A DNA stretch of 63,348 nt, the filler included, from Octopus bimaculoides (lineage: Eukaryota): the NCBI RefSeq assembly GCF_001194135.2. It is 6 parts of 4 records of this genome, joined end to end, with 100 filler letters (N's around TTAATTAATTAA, not from the genome) between each part and the next. Parts side by side here need not be neighbours in the genome. Positions count along the whole stretch, not along the records: positions 1 to 6,564 come from NC_068991.1; positions 6,665 to 25,909 come from NC_068981.1; 4 more parts are not named here. One strand, 5' to 3'. The notes under the pieces are model-generated. The model searched no databases. It was not told where the DNA came from and was given only the letters and a program-made list of their open reading frames with translations. The position numbers were made by a program, and so were the translations under genes. Position 1 is the stretch's first letter; each line of letters opens with the position of its first letter. This document shows, in pieces, positions 1 to 10,910 of the stretch.

Positions 1-239
1 AAATAAATAAACAGTTACCACAACAGCAAAAAATCACACAAGTAATAAGGATGCAACACCCTATTTGTAAAGGTAGAAACTCTGGGTTGACGTATGGGAT
101 ATGTAAAAGAATTTTACATGTGTGTATGTTTGTAAGTGAGAAACTCCTATCAGAGTTACTTTTTGTAAACACCTAATAACTTATAAACATCTAATTATTC
201 AAGTGGAAAAATTATCAAAAAAGCCATCTCTATTCATTT

Positions 240-285
<46 letters not shown>

Positions 286-399
286 GGGAAAGTAAGAAGA
301 AAAATAATCGAAAATGCACATTGGAAATCAAAAAGAGTAAAGGCTTTTTATGAAAAAAGTTACGATAGATGTATACAATTAGATGAACTGAAGTAGGAA

Positions 400-960
400 T
401 AAAAGTGTGCCTCGGAAAATCTAATCTGTGCCATTACAAGCTTAGGGTGTGGTAATCATTATACTGGCCAAACTGGAATATCACTCCATTAAAGAACCAC
501 TCTCCGCAAAAAACAAATCCGCCACCTACAATACAGACAGATACAGGTCAGTGAACACATAGAAAGGTGTACTTGGAACCTTCATCCTAATTTTCCCCTT
601 CTATCAATGTTCACAGAACACCTCAGTACAACAAAGAATGAATAAAGAGGCAACTTTCATCAATAAATATCTTCCACAACTCAATATGAACACATAACAT
701 AATACAGAACACTACTAATCTTTCAATTAATATCACTAATCCCCAAACATCCCATACACCATTCACATTACAGATCTATATCTACCTTAATTGCACCAAA
801 TCCAGAACTACTCACCTCCCTTACACATAATCTTTTTACTCAGGGACTAGTAGACCTGACACCGTTCAGTAATCGGTGTGCATTCAAAGCAGTGATCAAT
901 AATTTTACGAAACCAGTATGCTTTTGAATCTCTTTAACAATTCACAATAATGACTTTCAT
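400..960 (+). mobile_element. Penelope-like element relic: GIY-YIG endonuclease C-terminus and 3' region with decayed hammerhead
   Basis: Manual translation from about 406: CASENLICAITSLGCGNHYTGQTGISLH*RTTLRKKQIRHLQYRQIQVSEHIERC, then after a frameshift FYQCSQNTSVQQRMNKEATFINKYLPQLN. This matches the PLE GIY-YIG pattern (NLIY..C..C...YIGQT, R...E..FI....P.LN). It contains a stop and a frameshift. Confidence 0.75.
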
Positions 961-1144
961 TACTTTTATTCCTACCTCAGTTCATCTTATTGTATATATC
1001 TATCGTTACNNNNNNNNNNNNNNNNNNNNNNNNNNNNNNNNNNNNNNNNNNNNNNNNNNNNNNNNNNNNNNNNNNNNNNNNNNNNNNNNNNNNNNNNNNN
1101 NNNNNAGCTAAAATAGAAATAAAACATATGATTTTATATTTTAG

Positions 1145-1276
1145 CTTGTTTCACCAACAATGAAAGTGTTTCATTAGACACCACCAATGAAATGATGCCA
1201 GCTAGACCAGAAAACCTACAAACAAAGTTCTTTGATAATGCCAACATCACATTTACCTGGAATGCAGACACTTCAA
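1145..1276 (+). CDS. Candidate internal exon encoding an FN3 linker plus the first strands of the next fibronectin type III domain
   Basis: Acceptor attttatattttAG ends at 1144 and donor AA|GTACAT starts at 1277. The 132 nt exon is symmetric phase 1-1 and open: xCFTNNESVSLDTTNEMMPARPENLQTKFFDNANITFTWNADTS, with the FN3 P..P.NL......I...W pattern and two N-glycosylation sequons (NES, NIT). No partner exon was found. Confidence 0.5.
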
Positions 1277-1460
1277 GTACATATATTCCTTTATTTCTAT
1301 ATCTAGACTAATTTTGAATGTTGTTAGATGTATGTGTAAAATCTGCTTTGTTTATTTATTAAAAGATAATTTTTAAAATAGAAATGATAATTAGTTGACC
1401 TTCAATAATAGATAGAAAAGCTAATTAATTGGAAGATCTTGTTTGGAAGATAACTGAAAT

Positions 1461-1907
1461 TGTAGCAGAGTGAAGGTAACTGAATTACATCCCTTCAAAC
1501 AGCCGACACCTATATATTCCAACGTTTGGCACTTTCTCCCTCTTTTTTGCCAATTTGGTACACACAAGGAACACACTTGTGCCTAATTCCACGAACCATG
1601 TGCATTACTGTCAATCTAATGATGTCTGTGTAAACCGATTTCTTATCATTGTTGCTACAATGATGCCTGCTACAGATTTATTACAGTAAGTGCCATCTGG
1701 GAACTGGATATGTTTTCTACTGCACACACATTTCTGTTATTTTCACAATTTTCTCTAGTGTCTAAGTAGCTCTTACTTGTCATTCAGAGAGACCCAAGAC
1801 ATGAGGACATTCGATTTCTTACATGTAAAAGTTGTTTGCACCATCCTTTCTAGTAAATTTTAATTGTTATAGTAAAACAGTCTTCATCTTTTTCTACACA
1901 CCTAACA
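1461..1907 (+). repeat. 5' LTR of the Gypsy element
   Basis: Has TG...CA ends, aligns over its length with 4392-4864, and is followed by the PBS-like sequence. Confidence 0.8.
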
Positions 1908-4391
1908 CACTAGAAAGTGGTGACCCCCCCAACATAAGAAGACTCATCCGTCAGTAATAGTTACTGTTGCCTTCGGAGATGATACACAGCATCTAACTCT
2001 GGTGACTCCCATATTCAGATGATGTTCAGAATCCATTCTCTTGCACATGCTCGTTGCCTCCACAAACAAAAATTCTTTCCAGAACTTTCTTGTTAATATT
2101 AGCTGTACAGAGTTGTGTTTTGAGTCGTCTCCATTTTTCCCTCCTTTCACTTAGTATCAGGTCTCTTTGGACAGTACAATTTTGGTGTCTAAATTTGTTT
2201 TGTTTCCCGCTCATGGTGACAACACTTTTATAGGCATTTTCTACAGTTTTCCAGCAAAATGAATCCTTCCACCTTACCGGCGTTCACTGGAGATGTTAAT
2301 TTGTGGTTTGGTCAGGTCAAATCTCATTTTCTCGCTGCCAATATTCAATTGGCTCAGCAGCAACTCCATATTTTGCTCACCATGCTTTCTTCTGCACTAA
2401 CTGCAAATTTAAAAGACTTAATCATTGATATACCCCCAGACACTACCTACTCCTCCATTAAACAGGAAATTGTTCATAGGACTACTATATCTGCCGAGTG
2501 CTGTTTTAAGATGCAGCTCAATGATTAACATTTGTGGGATAGGCAGCCGTCTGAATTTCATCTTCGAATTTGCGAGTTGACTGATATTTCTCCTGAGGAC
2601 AGTTCCTTTCTCAAACAACTTTTCTTCTCCTGGTTGCTGCATAACGTTCGCTTGATTTTGGCGCCCATTGTTGAGGTTAGTTCGGCGGATCAACTAGCTT
2701 CTTCTGCCGACAAAGTTATATAATTCTTGGACAGCACACCAGTGGACAGTAAAGTAGTCACTGCCACTTCTATTCCTTCTTCTTCTGTGGTTGACAGCAG
2801 TTCAAACCAAGCAGCAATGTTCCAAGCCATTTTAGAACTTACCAAAGAGGTCAGAAAGTTGTGTTCTATGCAGAATTCTTTCAACTGCCACCCCTCTAGC
2901 TGTTAGTTTTCTCCTGCCACCTCAACATATTGTTGGTGTCATGGCCATTTTGCTGAGGAGGTGTGAAAATGTGTTCTTCCTTGTTCTTTCTAGTGCCAGG
3001 AAAACTAATACAGGAAACTCTGATCACATCAGTAGTCCCCTCTAACCAGATATGAAAATGTGCATTCTTCTTGGAGGATTTCAACTCATGCAAGCTATTT
3101 ATGGTTGACACTGGTGCATCTTGCAGTATTTGGCCAGTGAAATTTCTTATGCATATGCCTCCTCCTTCAGTCATTTCTTTACAAGCTGTGAACCATTCAG
3201 ACATGCAATCAAATTTCCCGCTTACTGGATTTGTTGCTTTGTAGGGATTTTAAGTGGATTTTTGTCCTTGATGACCTGCTATATCCAATCTTGGGAGCAT
3301 ACTTTTTACACCATTTCTCTTTGCTGGTGGATGTTCATAACCAGTATCTTTTGGATAGCTCTACAGCTTTATCGATTCCTGGTCGTCATTCAACTACTCC
3401 TATGATAAGCCTGATATTTTCCATTGCTGTTTCTGGAGACCCATATCATGCTCTCTTGCATAATTTCCTGGAGCTAACCAACCTAACTTTTTAACCCAGC
3501 AAACTTGCTCATTTGGCAAAGCACTTCATTGCTACTACTGGTCCTCTGGTGTTTTTGCATCCTTGTCATTTACCGCTGAACAAACTCAAAGCAGCAAAAG
3601 CACAGTTCAACCACATGTTGCAGCTGGGGCTTATACACCCATCCACCAGTCCTTGGTCATCTCCCCTACACCTAGTACTCAAGGGGAATACTGACTTTCG
3701 CTCCGTGGGAGATTTCAGGCATTTGAACTCTATTTACTGTTCCAGGCAGGTAACCAATCACACTCCTGCATGATTTTTCTTCTGCATTGCACAGTTGCAC
3801 AGTATTTTCAAAGGTAGACCTAGTAAGGGCTTATCATTAAATTCCTGTCAACCTGGATGATACTGAAGACTGCTATCATCACTCCATTCAGGTCCTTCGA
3901 ATTCCTCTCCATACCTTTCAGACTTAGAAACGTAGCTAGTACGTTCCAGAGATTCATGGATGAAGTCACGCATGGGTTGCATTTTGTGTTTGCATATATA
4001 GATGACCTCCTAATTGCTAGTTCTACTCCTGAGGAACATGTCCAGCACTTAACACTGCTCTTTCAGCATTTAAGTACATGCAGGTGAAAATATATCCAAG
4101 TGGACCTTATCGTGAACTTGCATGCTCCCACGTTTGTTTTTATTGCAACTTTTGCTGGTATATCTGTGCATTCCTGCTTTCCTTGATTTGTATTTTTGGC
4201 TGCCAGTTTTTAACTTTCTGCCACTCAGAGACCACTCTCTCTGCTCAAAAAGTTGGGACAGATATTTTTTTTTCCAGTGAGAGCAGAAAGTAGAATCTTA
4301 TATTTTCTTCCTTTCCTGTGCCTTTTTTGGCATTCCTCTGCTCTGCTACAAATTCTCAAAAATTATTGACAGCGATCTCAGAGTGTGATCA

Positions 4392-4864
4392 TGTAGCAGA
4401 GTGAAGGTAGCTGGATTATGCCCCTTTGATGATATAGGCCACCAGATAGCGTGACAGCTGACACCTATGTATTCCAGTGTTTGGTGCTTTCCCCTTCTCT
4501 TTTGCCAATTTGGTACACACAAGGATTACCATTTCACTTGTGCCTAATGCCATAAACCATGTACGTTACCGTCATTCTAATGATGTCTTCCTAAGCTGAT
4601 TTCTTATCATCATTGCCACAATAATGCCTGCTATGAATTCATTACAGTAAGTGCCAACCAGGAACTGGATGTTTTCTACTGCACACATATTTCTGTTACT
4701 TTCACGATCTTCTCTAGCATCTAAGTAGCTCTTACTGGTCATGCAGAGAGACTCAAGACACGAAGACATTCGATTTCTTACATGTAAAAGTTGTGTTTGC
4801 ACCATTCTTTCTAATAAATTTTGTTATGGTAAAACAACCTTCATCTTTTTCTACACATCCAACA
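4392..4864 (+). repeat. 3' LTR of the Gypsy element
   Basis: Direct repeat of 1461-1907 with many substitutions and small indels. Confidence 0.8.
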
Positions 4865-5485
4865 TGCTCCAAAATGTTGATTATTTAAAGGTCTCTGTAA
4901 TATATTTATTATTAGCTCCACAGTAAAGACATTATAAACAATGCAATCTTTATCATGAATTTTCAACTCAGAATAATGAGTAGTTTCCTACAAAACCTCA
5001 GCACATCCTACCCTTGAGTACTGTACCCCTATACAGGATAATCCACATGTGTCAAGTAGGTTACATTCAGTAGAGAGCCACATTCCTTTACTGAAAATTA
5101 ACATTGTATTGTACTTTATATCTGTTACCTCTAAACTTGTAACAAATAACTTTCATTTGAATCTGTTAGTTCTATTTGCTATTTTTTATGATCCACATTA
5201 TTCCACTTTTGAAATTACACACCAAAGATGTCTACTTTTCATTTTAATAACAACTAGCTTGGAACTTCTTTCTTTAAATCTTTCACTTGTTCATGACACC
5301 AAATTTATTCCTTACATTCAAGTTTTAAAATATTAGGGTTTATATTATAAGAAATAGATTTTTAAATGTTGAAGAATATGTCTACTTTGCATGGAAAGAA
5401 TTGCTGGATCCTTAAATATCTTTTCATGTGGTTTATAAGTCTATTTTATTTTATAATCATTGATCATTCAATATCATTGTTTTTG

Positions 5486-5700
5486 TAAGGTGGTGAGCCG
5501 GCAGAAACGTTAGCATGCTGGGTGAAATGCTTAGCGGTATTTCACTTGTCTTTACATTCTGAGTTGAAATTCCGCTGAGATCGAATTTGCCTTTCATCCT
5601 TTTGGGGTCAATAAATTAAGTACCCACTGTGTACTGGGGTCAATCTAATTGAATGGCCCTCTTGCCCAAAATTTCAGGCCTTGTGCCTAGAGTAGAAAAG
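5486..5700 (+). mobile_element. tRNA-derived SINE (family A, head AAGGCGGCGAGCTGGCAG), CpG-decayed, with 16-bp flanking direct repeat
   Basis: Aligns to the copy at 42731-42950. AATATCATTGTTTTTG occurs at 5470-5485 and 5701-5716 (TSD-like). Confidence 0.8.
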
Positions 5701-6185
5701 AATATCATTGTTTTTGGCTTTTGTATCATCATTGACATCATAATTACATTAATGTCTGATTTTCCATGCTAACATAGATCTGTACTATAGTATCTTTCCA
5801 AGATTCTCACATGTTTGAAAGGACTAAACTAAATTCTACACTGCCTTTTTCATGAGTTTTATTAGTCTCCCTCTTGTTGGTGCATGTATCCACTATCACT
5901 CTCAAAGTTACTTTATCACACAACATCATATGTCTATACTATGTTCAACTTATTTGAAGCTCACATTCAACAAATTGAACTTAGTTGATTCCTCTTTAAT
6001 TTTTTTCATTTCTACTAATTTTTGTGCAAATGTTTCATTACCATGCAATATAATAACTCCATGATAAGGATCATATAGTCAACTGTATAGAAAGAGAAAT
6101 CTTTGTTAATAGCGAATGCTGCTCTCTAAACTAGGTACCTTTAACTCCAGGTACTCTGTCATATCTCACTTCATCTTTAGAAATA

Positions 6186-6500
6186 ACTAGCAGAAATACC
6201 CGGCTTTGCCCAGGTTAAAGAGAATAATGAAATCTAAAATGCCGTCTAGACTACGCAACCCTCAACTGTTAGTAGCTACGATACCATATTTCTACATTAA
6301 TAACTCTCCAATCCATGCCAGCATGGAACATAGACATTAAGTGGAATGCTAGAAGAAAGTTTTCAACTCATATGTATATAAAGTAAATACACGTAATTCA
6401 GAAACATGTTTTGTGTATTTTATTTCGTAACCAAACAAACAGGTACAGATTATAAATAATGAAAGGCCAATTTTGGTGATTCATTTGACAGAGGTAGTAG
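6186..6500 (+). mobile_element. Possible non-autonomous Helitron/Helentron-like repeat
   Basis: Starts ACTAGCAGAAATACCCGGCTTTGCCCAGG, resembling the ACTAGC...CCCGGCGTTGCCCGG 5' ends of rolling-circle elements. Recognised by eye only, and the 3' boundary is uncertain. Confidence 0.3.
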
Positions 6501-6608
6501 AGAGACAATGCAATGATAAATCTGAGGTTGGATCTTGAAAGTTTGGATGAATGCTGCCTCAGTTNNNNNNNNNNNNNNNNNNNNNNNNNNNNNNNNNNNN
6601 NNNNNNNN

Positions 6609-6620
6609 TTAATTAATTAA
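6609..6620. other. Synthetic scaffold linker TTAATTAATTAA within a 100-bp N spacer (also at 25954-25965, 33841-33852, 53052-53063, 55791-55802)
   Basis: The same palindromic 12-mer, with stops in all six frames, occurs five times, each centred between runs of about 44 N. Confidence 0.95.
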
Positions 6621-6664
6621 NNNNNNNNNNNNNNNNNNNNNNNNNNNNNNNNNNNNNNNNNNNN

Positions 6665-7515
6665 AAGTATCTTGAGAGAAAAGTTGAACATAAGAAGCAT
6701 CAGTTGTGGTGTGCAAGAGAGACGATTGCGCTGGTATGGACATGTGGTGAGAATGGATGAGGATAGCTATGTGAAAAAGTGTCACACCCTAGCAGTTGAG
6801 GGAACCCGTGGAAGATGCAGGCCCAGGAAGACCTGGGGTGAGGTGGTGAAGCATGACCTCTGAACATTAGGCCTCACCGAGGCAATGACTTGTGACCGTG
6901 ACCATTGGAAATATGCTGTGTGTGAGAAGACCCGACAAGCCAAGTGAGACCAAAATCCAAGGCCTCTGCCAGGGATGTAGCCAGCCCACTTACGCGTAAC
7001 ATTCCTTCATTGGACACTAAACTCCGCTTGCGAAGACATAGTGAGGCAAGTGAAATCGGAATCAAACTAAATTTGTAGGAACACTAAACTCGGCTTGCAA
7101 AGACCTGTTGGGGCAAGTGAAAGCGAAATCGAGATGGCACCTGTACCAGTGTGGTACGTAAATAGCACCAGCGTGATCGTTACCAACGTTGCCTCCCTGG
7201 CACGTGAAAAGACATTCGAGCGAGATCGTTGCCACTGCCGACGGACTGGCTCCTGTGCAGGTGGGACGTATAATACAAGATTTCGAGCGTGGCCGTCGCC
7301 AGTACCGCCTGACTGGCCCTCGTGCCAGTGGCACATAAAACACCCACCACACTCTCATAGTGGTTGGCGTTAGGAAGAGCATCCAGCTGTAGAAACTCTG
7401 CCAAATCAGATTGGAGCCTGGTGTCGCCTCCTGGTCCACCAGTCCTCAGTCAAATCGTCCAACCCATGCTAACATGGAAAGTGGACGTTAAACGATGATG
7501 ATGATGATGATGATG
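6665..7515 (+). mobile_element. RTE-clade LINE 3' end (post-RT region, 3' UTR, (GAT)n tail)
   Basis: ORF 6672-6863 (ERRLRWYGHVVRM...GTRGRCRPRKTW) is the typical RTE C-terminus. The element ends AACCCATGCTAACATGGAAAGTGGACGTTAAAC-(GAT)n. Related tails occur at about 8160-8295, 11975-12260 and 12790-12925 (minus) and 14975-15115 (plus). Confidence 0.85.
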
Positions 7516-8349
7516 TACATTTTAATTGGCAAATTTATCACATAAGCATTTTGCAATGAGAAGGGGAGTCTGTCTAAAATTGAAATGAAATTACACACAC
7601 ACATATATATCTTGTTTCAGTGATTGTGATCACAGACATTACTTGAGGTTGAATAACAATTATATGCAACAGTAAACAAGGGTGGGTACACAGAAATAGA
7701 TGATGCATAAATATTTTTAAAAAAACCTATACTACATGTAGGGAATCTTAAGGAAAGACCTATTATATTTGTGTTGGCATGTAATTAATAACTTGTTGCA
7801 TCTATTTATTTGATGCCACAAGTTATTTATTAGGCTGTTCCTCTATACATGGTTCAATGTATAGAAAACAGAAGCGAATCTTGCTGCATCTATTTATTTG
7901 GTGCAATGAGTTATTTATTAGACTGACCCTACATACATAGTTCAAATGTACAGAAAACAGAATCTAAAGGCGGGTGAGGGAACAGCAAACAGGTGTATTA
8001 GTTTGACACTTGGAAAAAACAGAAAAGTCTTTGATGTTTCAAGTCTATGGTCTTCGACAGAAAGAGATGAGAAGGAAAATATATATCTGTATCAACAGTT
8101 TTACATGATGAAATCACCAGAAGAATACATTTATACACACATCTATCTATCTATATACATCATCTGTTTAATGTCTGCTTTCCATGCTGGCATAGGTTGG
8201 GTGGTTTGACAGGTGGTGGCCAGGCTGGAGCCTGCATCAGACTTCTGTGTCTGTTTTGGCACGTTTTTTGGCTGGATGCCCTTCCTAAAGTCAACCACCC
8301 CATGCATTGGACTATATATATGTATGTATGTATGTATATACACATGCGT

Positions 8350-8600
8350 GTAAAGGCCAAGTGGTTAGGTGTTGCACTAACAATTGCAAGGTCATGGTTT
8401 CAATTCCCCGACTGAGTGGTGTGTTGTGTTCTTGAATAAAACATGTCATTCCATGTTGCTTCAGCCCCCTCAGCTGTAAAGTGTGTAATCCTGTGATGGA
8501 CTGGCATTTCATTCTGGAGCAATGTTGGTCTGTCCACCTCACAAGCAGGGTGGCTTCATCCAAAAGCTATAACAATGCAACGAAGTACATTGCGACCAGT
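8350..8600 (+). mobile_element. tRNA-derived SINE with CORE-like central segment (family D); reverse copy at about 39225-39580
   Basis: tRNA-like head GTGGTTAGGTG...GGTTTCAATTCCCCG followed by TGTGTTCTTGAATAAAACATGTCATTCCATGTTGCT, matching the reverse complement of 39485-39570. Confidence 0.55.
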
Positions 8601-8661
8601 GGTGTATAACATCTAACAACCTGGTTGATAGTGATTATATACACACACACACACACACACA

Positions 8662-9002
8662 CATTTTACTTATTTCAGTCACAGGACTGTAGCCATGCTG
8701 GCACCTTCAAGGCACTACCTTGAAGGGCTTTAGATGAACAAATTGGCCCCAGTATTTATTCTATTGGTCACTTAATGCCCAACCACTAAGTTTCAGGGAC
8801 ATAAAAAAAAAACACATATGCACAAACACAGATATATATATATATACACACATATAACAGAGGCTACTTTCAGTTACCATCTACCAAAATCCACTCAGAA
8901 GGCTTTGGTCAGCCCAAGACTATAGTAGAAGACACCTACTCAAGTTGCCATGCAGTGGGACTGAATCTGGAACCAAACTTCTTACCACACAGCTATGCCT
9001 GC
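8662..9002 (-). mobile_element. tRNA-derived SINE (family B, head GGCTGTGTGGTAAGTAGCTTGCTT, internal microsatellite), CpG-decayed
   Basis: Reverse complement aligns to 53128-53430. Other copies or fragments lie at about 26395-26570, 29326-29530, 34965-35075, 46480-46580, 53440-53580, 53655-53800 and 54548-54605. Confidence 0.75.
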
Positions 9003-9425
9003 AATTACACATACACACACAGGCAACAGATGTTGACAGTTTCTGTCTATATATTTCAAAAGTGTTGATCTAGGACACAGTCAAATGGCAATGGACCTTA
9101 GAAAGACGGTTGAAATAAAGCCTATACCAATTATTTTCTTTCTGACCACCACCACCATAAAACATCAGCTGACCATAATGTTGTTGTTGCCATTGTTGCT
9201 TTATATTTGTGATGAAAGAGAATGGGTTTAGGGTGGGGTAGAAAAGAAATGAGGATAGCAGCAACCAAAAAAAAAGGGCAAAACACCACCAAAGAATCAC
9301 CATTATAACCAACCACACACACACACTGCCAAAAATTACATTTAAATAAAAGCTGGAACATCTTTGTCCATAGGTCTACTGGATGAGGACTGACCTGTGA
9401 TAGTCAACAACAAGGCAAGACTTAT

Positions 9426-10577
9426 TATCAGGTCATCCCATAAGTTCTGTACGAATTTTGAATAAAGAAAACAAGTGATCAAATGTTATATTTAATTGAA
9501 ATTTAATCATCAATGTACTTTCCCTGATTACCTATGACTTCCTTCCATCTATTTACAAGCTTTTTAATTCCATTAGACATTCTAAAATACTATTAAATTT
9601 TATTCAATTTTAAAAAAGGTAAAATCAGACAGAACTTATGAGATGACCTGATAGNNNNNNNNNNNNNNNNNNNNNNNNNNNNNNNNNNNNNNNNNNNNNN
9701 NNNNNNNNNNNNNNNNNNNNNNNNNNNNNNNNNNNNNNNNNNNNNNNNNNNNNNNNNNNNNNNNNNNNNNNNNNNNNNNNNNNNNNNNNNNNNNNNNNNN
9801 NNNNNNNNNNNNNNNNNNNNNNNNNNNNNNNNNNNNNNNNNNNNNNNNNNNNNNNNNNNNNNNNNNNNNNNNNNNNNNNNNNNNNNNNNNNNNNNNNNNN
9901 NNNNNNNNNNNNNNNNNNNNNNNNNNNNNNNNNNNNNNNNNNNNNNNNNNNNNNNNNNNNNNNNNNNNNNNNNNNNNNNNNNNNNNNNNNNNNNNNNNNN
10001 NNNNNNNNNNNNNNNNNNNNNNNNNNNNNNNNNNNNNNNNNNNNNNNNNNNNNNNNNNNNNNNNNNNNNNNNNNNNNNNNNNNNNNNNNNNNNNNNNNNN
10101 NNNNNNNNNNNNNNNNNNNNNNNNNNNNNNNNNNNNNNNNNNNNNNNNNNNNNNNNNNNNNNNNNNNNNNNNNNNNNNNNNNNNNNNNNNNNNNNNNNNN
10201 NNNNNNNNNNNNNNNNNNNNNNNNNNNNNNNNNNNNNNNNNNNNNNNNNNNNNNNNNNNNNNNNNNNNNNNNNNNNNNNNNNNNNNNNNNNNNNNNNNNN
10301 NNNNNNNNNNNNNNNNNNNNNNNNNNNNNNNNNNNNNNTTTTTGTACTCATAAAGCATTATGTGCCTTAAATGCTCTTTGGATACTTCCATGTTAGAAAG
10401 GGTTTTAATCAAAGAAATTTTAATTCTATTATTCTGTAAAATAATATTTAATTACTTTAAATGCACACAAATGCATAAAAATAATTTTTAATTCCATTAG
10501 ACATTCTAAAATACTATTAAATTTTATTCAATTTTAAAAAAGGTAAAATCAGACAGAACTTATGAGATGACCTGATA
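9426..10577 (-). mobile_element. mariner DNA transposon (TA-flanked TIRs, middle in N gap)
   Basis: TIR TATCAGGTCATCCCATAAGTTCTGT at 9426 with its inverse ACAGAACTTATGAGATGACCTGATA ending at 10577. Minus-strand N-terminus MEVSKEHLRHIMLYEYK (ATG at 10391) and C-terminus KLVNRWKEVIGNQGKYIDD* (about 9503-9562). Confidence 0.85.
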
Positions 10578-10910
10578 GATAATGTAGTCCGAGATACAAT
10601 GTTTCTGAATAAAAGGCAGGACGGTCATAGCTTGAACACTGATCATAGGTCTGCTGGATTGGGACTGACCTGGGGCTAAACAAAAACAAGGAAGGACACA
10701 TTACATAATGTAGTCCTAGGTACATTACATCTGCATTAAGACAGGGTGGTCACAGCTGGAACATCTTTAACCATAGGTCTGCTGGATCAGGACTGATCTT
10801 GGGCTAAACAAGGAAGAACACATTGGATAATGTAGTCCGAGATACACATGTACTAAGCTTGACCTAAAGAGAGGATAGCCATGGCTGGAATATCTGCTGG
10901 CACAAAGCTC
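10578..10910 (+). repeat. About 120-bp tandemly repeated unit (GATAATGTAGTCC...CATAGGTCTGCTGGAT...GGGGCTAAACAA)
   Basis: About three diverged units here, a partial unit at 9350-9425 on the other side of the mariner, and dispersed relatives at about 43415-43480 (minus) and 45245-45335. Confidence 0.7.

Larger units (their letters stand above)
1461..4864 (+). mobile_element. Degenerate Ty3/Gypsy LTR retrotransposon (LTR-PBS-gag-protease-RT-LTR; RNase H and integrase not seen)
   Basis: Two diverged direct repeats at 1461-1907 and 4392-4864, both TGTAGCAGAGTGAAGGTA...AACA. PBS-like TGGTGACCCC at 1918. Gag fragments (LPAFTGDVNLWFGQV, 2259-2723), protease-like motif (FMVDTGAS, about 3098-3121) and RT fragments (PSTSPWSSPLHLV, GDFRHLN, PFRLRNVASTFQRFMD, FAYIDDLLIAS, 3513-4087), all with stops and frameshifts. 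No TSD was found. Confidence 0.9.
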
